NCBI GenBank assembly: GCA_043228905.1 | Contig: JBHGNT010000004.1 | Coordinates: forward strand, 4,774,001-4,838,000 | Direction of reading: 5' to 3' | Length of the DNA: 64,000 bases | DNA from: Azolla caroliniana | Taxonomy: Eukaryota > Plantae > Polypodiophyta | In this document: positions 24,464 to 37,300 of the stretch, in pieces | How the letters are laid out: each line of letters starts with the position of its first letter | Numbering within the stretch: the first letter of the stretch is position 1 | Made by a program: the position numbers and the translations under genes | The notes under the pieces: model-generated | What the model was told of the DNA's origin: nothing | What the model saw: only the letters and a program-made list of their open reading frames with translations | Database searches by the model: none

Positions 24464-26960
24464 GAACCCAATATGTTGTACTAGTAGTGTAAACAACTCA
24501 CCACTAGGGTAAGCTAATTACAACAAAAAAGAGCCCCCCCAAGAGGCTTTACCGGTATCCTCCTCCTTAGCCTACGCATAACGCACACATACATATCTAA
24601 CTAGGCACATTGGAGACTCGGAAAAAAAAAGAAATGGAAAGGAAGAAAGAGTCTCTCGTGCATGGATATCTAACTAGGCACATTAGAGAGCTGGGGAAAA
24701 AAAAATGGAAAGGAAGAAAGAGTGTCTGTGTAGGTTTTTGGGGTAATATTCTCCTCTTCTGTTTAGGTGAGTGTAGCATGACTAACTTACACATGTGATC
24801 GAAGAGTCGGAAATGGTCTTGAGATATGTATATATACGTGTCTTCCCCTCTTCTATCATTTACCTTGTTGGGATCGCAAGGGAGAACATGAGAAGAGAGA
24901 GCTTACTACTCATGTCACCCTAGAGTTGTGATACGTCTTCAGTAGTTGTGATTGTGGAACTTAGTAGGATTTGTATGTATGTGCACCTAGCTCCACATCT
25001 TTTGTAGGCAAGACATAACATACCTAAGTGTGATTAGGGAGATCACATTGGCTTAGTCTAGGATTGTTGCACAGTGTACCTCACTCATGTCCATGTAGCA
25101 AAGAGTAGCATACTTTATTAAAGCTAACATTATCTTTGATTGGCAAACAAATAATGCATATTGTTAAATGTGATGAGGGGCGAGGAGAGAGATCACATTT
25201 AGCTACACTTCATGTTGCACCTTGGTTACTCAAATCATAGTATACCTAATTACATGTGATGGAGGAACCATGTCATTTGTAACCTCGTCGAGTCATCTGA
25301 AGGGCTCAAGTTAGGTGCCATGCTTCATCTTTGTAAAAACTATGAGGTTGATTAGTTTCGAGAATGAGAAGGGCGGTGGTAGGGTTCATTGAAAATAAAA
25401 GCGCATGGTAAAGGGGAAAGGATTTTTGCTTTCAAGGCTAGCTAGCTTCATAGCAAGAAATTGTCAAACTTGTGCATGTTTTATAGAACGAACTTGACAT
25501 TTGGTGAGATACAGTGCAATTAACGTAAATAAAAAACATATGTTGGAATCATTTGTTAATATATATAAATCATGTAAACTTATGATTAGAGATCTAGGAA
25601 ACCTATGTTGATAAGCTTAATGCTATTAAATCAATCAAGCTAAGTAGCCATGGTTCCGTGTTTCAATATAGTGTTCTATCACAAAGCTAGGAAACAAGTG
25701 GATGAACATACAACTTGGTGACATACTCAATTCAAGAAATCATTTGCACAATAGCAATTTGTTGTATATGGTGAAAATAAGTAAATATTATTACCTTTGA
25801 AAATGTTATGATAGGTACGATACCTCAATGTCTCTACATCGTTGGACATTATACATGCAAATTGGAACGCAAACAAGACATCATATAATAGACTTAGACA
25901 TCCCCATTGATTTGGTCTAGCAAATACTTGAGTATCAATCGACAGAAATTCATATATATATATATGCATAATTGACTATTGTACTGATAAAGCTTGTGAT
26001 TTGCCATGTTGAGAGTTCAAGTCTTGAGCAATGTGTTGATTGATGTTACATTCAATATAAAATTCTTGCACTTTCCACAACTATTGCCTCATAAAAGTAG
26101 TTCCTTCTATTGATAAACCACAATTGCATTCATTGTATGTTCACTTTCCACAACCCAATGCTTGAAAACGATAGTAAGGTATTGCTAATTATATAACTTC
26201 TCTTGATCAACAACCATTGCTTATGTATTCACTTTCTACAACCCAATGCTTGAAAGTGATAGTAAGGGATTACTGATAAAAGTGATGACTTATCTCAATC
26301 AACTACCATTAAATGTTGTGACCACAAATTGTATGAAGCTACTAGTATCATAACTAGTGGACTAGTCTGTAAAGGAAGGGAAATTTTATTGTTGTTTATT
26401 TTTGGAGATTCTGATGTCAAAACATTGCTCTACATTGTCGTTAGAAAGTTGAAGGAAGCTATTACACACCTACAAGGCTAGTCTTTAAAGAAGAGGATAA
26501 ATTTTCCAGTGGCTTTATTTTGGAAATTCCAAGCTAAAACTATGGTTTATTTACAAAATTACAACTTCAACATTGTATGGAGGGTTAATTTGTAACATAA
26601 TGTTGCCATAGTTACTTTGTAGCTTTAGGTCTACAACGCAATATAGGTACCATAAAGTTATCACATGTATAATGCATCTATGCCTAGGGATGGTAATTGG
26701 ACACATATTCAAGCATAATGCGACGTGTAAAGCCAAGAAGAGGTAACCCATCCATTGTTTGAATTTACCCACTTATACGCCTCAATATTCTATGGAGAAG
26801 TGATGAACAATCTAATATATTATTCATCAGTTGATAGAGGACACTCAAAAATTTCCTTGCTACCATGTTCCGCGGATGTCCTCAACACGTTGGGATGAGA
26901 GAATGTGAAAGAAACTACAAGAAGTCAATAATATATTAAAAATATTGAGCATGTTTACCA

Positions 26961-27140
26961 ATATCAAAACGAGATATTTATGAAGAAGAATTCAATTAGA
27001 AGATATCAATTTATGACTACTAAGGAAGCATATCTAAGTTATGAGAGTGAAGAATTGAACATCAAAACGAGATATTTATGAAGAGGAATTCAATCGGAAG
27101 ATATCAATTTACGATTACTAAGGAGGCATGTCCAAGTAAA
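26961..27140. repeat. Direct duplication, 100 bp period, inside probable decayed TE sequence
   Basis: atcaaaacgagatatttatgaaga(a/g)gaattcaat... at ~26963 and ~27061. Confidence 0.75.
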
Positions 27141-28129
27141 TGAAGTTATCATCTCCTGAATTCGGAAAGGGATAAGAGATCGTCCAAGAAAAAATGTCAT
27201 AATATTTTCCAATTGGTCGGAAAGTTAGGCTTAACACCCCAAATTATCGTTAGCATGTTTTACATGGTCTTATCTTATGGAAACTCGACCATTAAGGAAT
27301 GCGTCATTCTTTACAGAAATATTTTGAAATTTGAAATGAATTAGTTACAAGCTAAAAACACGAAACTCAAGGAAATCGATGTGCTCTATCTTCGAATGTT
27401 TAAAGATTTTGAGCATCACCAAGAGACCCAAAACTATGAGAGAGTTCAAGTTAATAACTACTAGTAAGATTGATCAGATATAGTTGGGTCATTCCCAAAA
27501 ACATTTCATCATATATGGCATCAAGCGCCAAGGCAATGCCAACTACATGATGTCACACTTATGATCTCACATTCACTATGATGCATGGATAGATGAGTAT
27601 AACATGATTTGTATCCATTTTGTCATATAATACGACTCCTTTCTTATTTTTACATTTACAAATCACCTAAATGGATTCTAACAAGATTGTGAAGATCATG
27701 AGTAAAGCATAAGATCCCTATAGGGATCAAAGAGGAAACTACTAAAGCTTCACTAACTAGGCTCTCCAATCCATGTGATCTCAATATCCAATGCAAACCA
27801 TGAACTAAAACACTCTTTATGGGTATCGATATTTAAAATCAGCCAGGCTCAATCACTTTTACGTTTGCATCTTTGATCTCTCTATCTACGTCATTTTTGT
27901 GGGTTTGATTCATTGTCATGCTGATGCTATAACCTAGAATAGAGTTCAACATTATTGTGTGTCGGGCCATGTTCACAATTTTATTCTCTTGTACCGCCCT
28001 ATGTTTTTTACTAAACTGTTTAGCTTAAGCTCTTTTTTTTTTTTACTTTCGATGAATGGATAAATACCCCAAAATTGTTGTAAACCAATTGTCTCATGGG
28101 CCAATTTTGGTCTTAGAAGACGTTAATAT

Positions 28130-28241
<112 letters not shown>

Positions 28242-30931
28242 ATGTATGTATGTATACACACACACACATGGTGTTAAACATTCCAATAAAACTAACTAGT
28301 ATCATTACCAATTTTATCAAGAATATTGTCTTCAAGGAAGATAACATGGAGCTACCATAGTCTCATATCCTAATTTCACTTCTCTCGGATGATCCATTTA
28401 TCATGTATCTTTCTCTGTTTATCTTTCCATCTGCTACACCATTAGATCATGTCCATTGTTTAAATTTTTTAACATAGAAATTGGAGATGTCATATCATTA
28501 ACTCCAAAAATAGTTGTTATTAAAATGTAGCACTGACATCAATATATAGATGTATTCATGGGTAACATGCACCAATGTGAAAGAGAACGACATTTTTGAA
28601 GAGTGAAATTGTTGTCTTCAATAATCACACACATTAGTTCCTTGGGATATAAGCCATCATCACAACCCTTTATGACTAGCACACGTCTATGCATTAACGA
28701 CTTATAAACTTAGGTCCCATGTATTATGAACACCCAATCTTGAGTTTCTACATTGATTTCAATTTTCAATAGAGTAATTCAAAATTTTGTTTCCTCGATG
28801 GTACGCTCATCACAATCGTTCATACGTAGGTAGGCTAATTGCCTTTTAGTTGAAATGACATACACATTAAGTTGACATAAGTGAAAACTATCTCTTTTTT
28901 TATATAATTTCTTATAATGGACGAACATACATTATGTACACCTGGTTTGTCTAAAGAGACGATGCTAAAAAGTTTTCATTTATTCTTTTGTCCTCTCTAC
29001 CTCCTGTTGTGTGTGTCTTTCATGGATGATAAGTTCTAACACCATGGTGGATGTTGTTTTCTATTTGCAAATTATTGTGAAAAATATTTATTATCTTCTA
29101 TCCATCTATATGGCATAGAAAGTTATTGTAACCTCATAAAATGGTCCATCACTTTTATTGATATGTTTCTTATATTCGTGAAATAAGACCAAATTTGGTA
29201 TATCGTCATTTTTTGATAGTTAGTCATATGAGGGAGGTGGTTATAGATCGACGTCTCAATAATGCAAAGATGTCCAACATTTCATGACCTTTTGAATAGT
29301 CAACAAGTGTATCATCAATAGTTGGCATCCATAGTCTTCGTTGAGGTTACCTTTGAAATGTACAAATAGAAGCTATACTTTTATTGAATTGACAATGTAC
29401 AAATTTGTGCTATACCTTTTTTAAAGGTTCAACGAATGTACAATGATTTATGGATATATGGTTTTTTTGTAGTTCATAACAAAGACAATTTCATCTTAAA
29501 CAAGCATGTACAAAGTTGTGTTGATGTTTTTTGCCTATCATGAGAATGATTGAAGGGGGGGCCTAACATATTCAATTGAAGGAAACAAAAGGATTAGTAT
29601 GAAAAGGCTCTATAACATCTCATTGATGTTAAATACTCCTAGGATTGCAATAAGTTGTTAGATGACAAATAAATTATGTATATATAGTGAGGCACTTAGC
29701 AAAGTTGAGGCCTTTGCAATGTTGCTTTGGACAATGATTTGACCTTTGCTATATTTACTGTGTTTTTGGTCTTGTTATGTCGATCATTATCAAAGATCCA
29801 TTTTATTCGTTGCAAAGACTTGACGTTGTATGCTTTGTCTACCTCTTTAATAATGGCTTATTTGATGATACGCTATCAAACATTTAATGGAATCAAATGT
29901 TTCTTGACCAATATTAAAAGTGGTGACTTAACTCTGGCATACACAAGAAGATAAAAATAAATCTTCGCTTTTTCTAATAAATACACAAAATTAAGTACAA
30001 TTCACCTTACCTATGTATATAGCTATAAGGCTATATACATGACATGCTTCCCTAGTTTTATAAATTTATAGTCTAAAAGTTACGAAAGTAATAGCTTAGA
30101 TTGTATGTTGTTGATTACATTATTGCTTTCTTAATACTTCGTAAGAGATTTAGGTCAAATTATTTGTTTCTACACAATCATTAAATACACAATAATGGCT
30201 AATTCTAACCTAAATTAGTTGCGTGGTACAATAATTTGTCAAGCTATACAATTTATTTGAAATATGTTGCCCATTAAGGTATTTAAAATTTGATGTATGA
30301 TTGTGCCCAACACAATAATAATGTCATTCTTCCTCAAGGTGAGATTGCTTAATGTGTCATCAATATGGGTTGAATCGTTCGTATTGCATCATGTAACATA
30401 CTAACATGTATTTGTTCTTCATTTAGAGCTTGCTTTGATAGAGCTCACATTTGTAGCCATCAACACGTCTTTGTTCTCCATTTTGAGCATGCCCTACTAG
30501 AACACATTTCCTCTTTCTTGAATGGTATTGCTTATACCCCAATTGAACTTACATTTGTAACCATCAACATGTACACGTCAAGTTTCTTCTTGAATGATAT
30601 TGCTCTGTGGTTGATATGGCCACATGTCACGATATATGTATATGTATCCGCGTGTCTGTGTATTGATGTTATTCTATGTAGCAATATGTGTATATATGTA
30701 CATACTTGAAACTTGAGAGAGGAATACCCTTGAAGTTTCGTCATAAATGCAGAAGAATACATATGTCCCTTTGTACACTAATATATTCCCAAGACCACTC
30801 ATAATTGAGGTAAGGGAATAAAGCTAACTCCCTACACTATTTAGCATATATCCTCTAGCTATAAAACAGATTCCATGTAAGGGCATATAACTTGATACAT
30901 AGAAAGTACATCATATTTAAAGCAGTATTGG

Positions 30932-30969
<38 letters not shown>

Positions 30970-32439
30970 CCTTTATTTGTAATTAGTGAATAGTTCTGAG
31001 TTTATAACCTAAGCAAGATTGTTTGGAAGTAATTTAAAGAGGATTTGGTGTTTTGATATATTGAATAGTTTTATGAGAGTTGGGTGAGAGCAAGATCTCT
31101 TAGAGGACATACCATTCTTCATGATTTAGGTAAGCACCATAAATTTTGGTTTCATAAGCCTCGGAAACATGTGCAACTAGTTAGCCAAAACAATATGAAC
31201 CCTTAAAACCCCATATTATAAAAGGAGATAACATGGGTCATGGAATATTGAACTTTTGTATTGTTGTATTATCTAATTGACATTGCTAATATAGTGTTTA
31301 AGGCTTTGCCACACTCTTCATGTTTTGATATTTGTTGCCTACTAGTTTCTCACACTATTTTGGGGCATTTGTTGTATGCCTATTGCACTTGTCTTAATCT
31401 TTGTTAATATGTTGGCATACACAACAAATGTTTCACACAAGGAAAAGTGGACATGGATGGCATGGATTTAGATGACATGCATGTTTGTATTGGCACCCAC
31501 GTAACCATTGTTTGACAAGGAAAAGTAGACAAAAGAGGATATGAGAGAGAACTTAGGTAACAACCATAGAGATCGATTAAAAGGAACAAATATTGAAATT
31601 GCTTTAAATATACAAGAAGATAAAGGTGGATATTATATAACCTTGTATTTCTTTCTTCTTCTTCTTTTGATCTTAGACCTAGATCTTTGGCCTCCCTCTC
31701 TTTTTTTGGGGTGAAAACACACAATAATAAATAAATGTGTGTGAAAAACACTACTCATAATGGGTGCACAATAGAGTATGGTCACCCACTAACTACATGG
31801 GTAGTAGAACACGTTAAATTGCCAATAGACAAGACGAACACGTCACTAAGAAAAGAATTTCCACGTGCTCCAATAGAGGAAATTGTCACAATAGTACTCC
31901 ATTCAACTTTTGTAGATATGCTTAGACTCCAAGCCTACCATCAAATACAAAAACATGGTGCATATTCCAATTATGACGCAATCCCCAATACCTCAGAAAT
32001 CGGAAAACGATATCCTTCTCCGATTTTGGGTCAATATGTGTGAATTGCGCAAGCACCCATTGTCTTGGCGTCAAATAACTTGCCAAATTTGAGAACTGTA
32101 ACTCCAAATATGTCAAGCAATAAATATTGTATGAAATGATGGGTACTTTCTTCCAATTTGAACAATGCAAAATAAGAAGTTGCCCATTGCTAGTTCATGT
32201 CGCTTTAGGGCTAATCCCAAAGGCAAAACCCCAATCACAACTCTCAAAATGAAGACCTTTGCTACAAGTGGCAATTTAGAATGCCAACTACGTTTTTAGA
32301 TTTGGCACCATCCATGATCATGGCCTCTCTCTCTCAATGTAATAAATTTGCGTAAATGACTTAGTGTTGAGTCATTATTTCTCTTTTTGACTAGGCCCTA
32401 ATATTATAAACCTTGTACTACTGTTGATCTTCGAGCTAG

Positions 32440-32494
<55 letters not shown>

Positions 32495-34345
32495 GCAATA
32501 ATTTTGTTGAAATCAGTTAGTGTTTAGTCATTATTCCCCTCTTTTATTAGGTAACTAGAGCCGTTTAAGTTTCCCCAATATTCTCTAATTTTCCATAACC
32601 TTTTATAATTTTTATTATTTAGATTTAGATTTAGGGTGTTTTTAATTAATACTAATTGTGATTAGTGAGGTTGTTAGTGCCACTAGAATTTAAGTTTATG
32701 CTAAGATTCTTTTGGCCAAGAACATTTTTCCTAGCCAAAAAATGAAGGGGATACCTCTAAGTTGGTTGTGCACAATAGGATACACCTTAGAAAAGTTGAT
32801 CAATCACAGTTGCCAAGAGACTTTGCCTATTGATCATCTCTAATCAATCGTCAAAATTCAGCGATGTCGACAATTTGTCTTGCTAACCAATCATCAATAT
32901 TATTAAAATTTGGCAATGCTTCAGTTTTGAGCTATTGCCTAGAGACATTGATGATTTGTCACTTATCAACATATAATCTCTAAGCCTACAATTTGGTGTG
33001 TTGTCAATTCTAATAATTGACTTGACGTCACATTTGTCGTTGGATTCTAACTATACAAGATGTATGAACTAACTCAATAGTAGCCACTAGTCCTTTATGT
33101 AAGTTAGCACTATGAGAAAACCAAGTCTCATCATGTGTTTCATGGAGATTGTCACCTTTAGCATCACTTTCTTAGGATGCCTATGTTAATATGGCATGAT
33201 AACCAATTCCAAATTCCTCTTCCTTATTGTGGGTCTAACAATGATATGTCAATGGCCTCACTTACAATGCTTCAATAGATGAGACCCAAATTGGAACTCA
33301 TCGTGTTATACATATCTTTTTCCTCTAATGATCATGCATTACACTATCTTATTCAATAAAGACGGCTTTCGCTGCTGTAAGGAACCCATTCCTCCATACT
33401 CGGATACAAATTTGTATAACTATAAAATTACATGATGGCAATCAAGTACACGGTAAGCATCGAAGGATGGATATAAGCCTATACCACTCTTTGTTTTCTG
33501 GCTTGAATCTGTGGGACCTGAACACATATTTTGGCATGTGAAACAGTCAATGTGTATTATCCGGTTACTTAAACTAAATAGCCAGCAGAAATATATAGAC
33601 CTATGGCAAGACTAACAACAGCAGTGTGTTGGGAGCTGACTGAATAATAGTATTCGTATGTCACAAAAATATGAACTAGACTTCAAATTTTAAATTGATA
33701 TGCAGTTTTATGAACTAGATTTCCACGGAAATTTGGTGAGGCTACTTTTAAAAAAGATTATACAATTAACTAGGTGTAATAAGACAAATGAACAAACATG
33801 ATAATCTCACTGTAGATATAAAAACTCATGATCTTATTAATTTAGTGTTCCTTATGCCAATGAACCATTCTCAGTCAACATGGTTTATAAATTATCAAAC
33901 ATCTAGAAGAAACAACTAGATTAATGCCTATTACCATAGGTTTCAATAGGAACCTTGACCAATTTGACTTATTAGACTACAAATCCAGTTTACTTCGTTT
34001 CCCCATTTGCCAAACAGTGGTAATAGGAACTGTACCAAATTTTTTAAAGAACACCATATTTGTCAAACAGTGGTACTAGGAACTGTACCAGTTTTTTTAA
34101 AGAATACCTTACAGATGGGGAAACACCTCTACATTTTGCTCAAATTATAGAACCTATGAAAATGAGCCTCCAAGAAAATAAAACAAAAATTCAACTTACG
34201 TGCATACACTTCTTGAATAGAACCGCATATACCAAAACTATTCAACATACATATGTGCCTACACTTCTTGAATAATTTCATATGATTGAATCTATTATTC
34301 AACATACATGTCAAGTATGCCATGTGCCATACTTTGTAAAAAAAT

Positions 34346-37300
34346 CAGCCATCCATTTCTCCTCTTGCAAATTTGTCTTCAGGATAATAAACAGCAAGAA
34401 CAGTATTTCCAGCAAATTTCCTTCCATTTAATGCAAGCCTTGCTTTGCTTGAACCTTCAGTGTCAGTATACTCTACAAAAGCCTACAGTGAGAAACCCAA
34501 AACTCAGACTCATTTCGTTCAAAAGATCAGGAGAATTTATGGTCTTCAAAACACAAAAAGTTATATAAATAGAGCACCTTGCCAAGACCAGGTACTTTCT
34601 CTCCTGTTGGACTTGGACGCGGAATTACAAGACTAGCAATATTTCCTGTGCCAAAATTTGAAAGAATAAGATGACCATACTAAAAATCACATCAACACGA
34701 TCACAAGCTGTCATAAAAATTCAACATCACATGAAAAAGAAAAGATCAAACAAGCTTCAAGTGATTTAAAGAAAAATAAGATGAACCACATCACTACAGC
34801 AGAAAACACCAAAAACTGAGGAAACGCCCTTACCATATTTGCCACACTCATCCTGCACATCCTGGTAGATGTCTTCAAACTCCTTGTCATCCCTTAACTC
34901 ATCTACAGATACTAGCTGTACAACAAACAGGTATCTAATTCATAAATATCTAATTGTGGAATTTTATTTAAGTCCATTATATGTAGGCAGAATATTCTCA
35001 CTTGAGTTAAACATAAAACTTTAGTTGGCGATTCCGCAAGCCCACTCCCAGGAACCATTCCTACCCCAAAGGCAGGCATGAACCCAATAGCTGCACTAGA
35101 TTGCAGGGCAAGTTTCTGCACTTCAAAAGAAAACACAATCATAATCTTACAAGTTCTGTAGACAAAAAAACCATGACAGTATACTGTGCAATTAGGCCCT
35201 GCCTGCATGGCTATTTGTTGTTGGGCTTGTAACAAGACATTTTCTTGATCTGGTTTTGGCTGTCCACTACTGCAATTTGAAAGTGATAAGTTCAGTACCT
35301 AAGATACGTGGTATATAAACATATTAAAGCATATACATAATATATATAATTAATGAATTTGTTCTATTTTATGTAAAGTCACCCTGCTGTTGCCCGTCGT
35401 ACTGTTAATGTTTTGTCACCCATCTTCAAACCATTCAATGCAGCACATGCAACATCTGTAACTGCAGGATCCTGTCATGAAGGGAGAATTTTGAAAGAAT
35501 TCACAAGCCATGGATTGTCATATTTTCACCCAATTAACAAAACAAAAATACGTTTGAAGAAAGATAAATAAGTTTATTACCTGATAAACACAAAATGCAT
35601 AGCCCTTAGAATTACCAGTTTCTCGATCTTTAACCAGATCGAACCCTCGAAGTGGCCTGCAGAGAGTACGTGAGAAAATAAAGTAAAGAAGACTACACTA
35701 AAAGCCATTTATAGACATACCCAAATGATTCCAATAGCTCCTTTATCTGAACCTCAGTCAGATAGTAAGGAAGGCCACCAACGAACACTTTGTCAGGCCC
35801 ATCGGCACCTCCAGCTATGCTGCTAACAAATTTTGAGAACAAAGTACCAGAATGATTTTTTAAATTTTTAGCCAACACAAACAGTGAACATAACTCGATT
35901 TCCAATAAGCAAAAACAAAACTAAAGAACAAAAATCATGGACCAGAAAAATCACTCAATTTATAATACAAAAATAAACGTTCACTTGTTTTGCAAACACC
36001 AATGAGCCAAAACGTTTGAGGATAAAAAAACAAATCCTTACCCAGGTGTAAGACCTATTGCGGCAAGATTTAGGTTTGGATTGGGCTGACTTGGACCCAG
36101 TGTTGCAGCTAAAGATGGATTATAGTCACTAGGCCGTCGAACTCTAACTGGCATACCCTGAGGCGTAGAAGAACAAATCAAACATTAAATAAGAACAAAT
36201 GTTTAACAAAATGCAAGACTAATGAAAGCCTACATACCTCGAACATTATGCCATCCAGTGCCATGGCATTGCTTGCTTCTTCCACAGTCCGCATCTCCAC
36301 AAAAGCAAATTTCTTTTCATGATTGATGTAAACATTGACAACAGCATCACCTATATACAGTAAAGAGATTTTATAAGTATGAAAAACAATCATTAATATA
36401 GCCATGATTGAAAACATTTAAATGAAGTACCTGGGGCACTATTCCCTCCAATAACTTGCATCACTTGGCTGAAATATGCAGCTATGGTCTAAAATGCACA
36501 ATTCAGGTATATTAGTCAAACTAGAAAAGAACATTCATCGATAATAAAATTTTAAATGGATTTTCAGAACCCAAATTAAAGCAAAATAAATAAGATACTT
36601 TAGACTGGCATTAGTTGATCAAAATATGACATGGCTTGAATATTCTAACATTTATGATACCAACCTGTTCATTTGCCATGGGAGGCAGACCACCAACATA
36701 TACACGACGAGCATGCTTCATTGCCTGCAATGATACAAAACCATAACTCCCCCATGGTCAAAAAACAAATCTAAACAGTTTCAAAGCTCATAACTAAAGC
36801 CGACTGTAAAACCTAAAATAGAAAAATTTTAAATGACCCAAAGTACAACCTTACTAATTTAAATGTTATATGCCCATCCTAAAATTAAACTTTCATATTC
36901 AAGAAATGAATAAAGTCAAATAGATAGAAAGAAACCTGTTGTGTCATAGCTTGCAGTGGCATGCCAGATAGAGCTGCAAGCTGCATATATCACACATTGT
37001 GTAAGCATGTATTTGTAATTTGAAATTGAAATGCTCACTTAAAAGTTTGATTGCATTATTACAAACCGGACTTCCTGCAAATGAAAACCCTGGTAAAACA
37101 CCTGGCAATGCTGGCGTCAGTCCAGGTAGGTGACCTGCAATTCATCATCATAGAGAGCACCAATAAAGGGTTTGGACACTTCATAATATGTTACAAGAGT
37201 GCATCGTTGTGTAACAATATTCATTGTCGCATCTCTGAACAAATTCTAGTTCCTCATAATAAAATTTCCTATGTGTATGACACCCGCCATTGGCTGTGAT

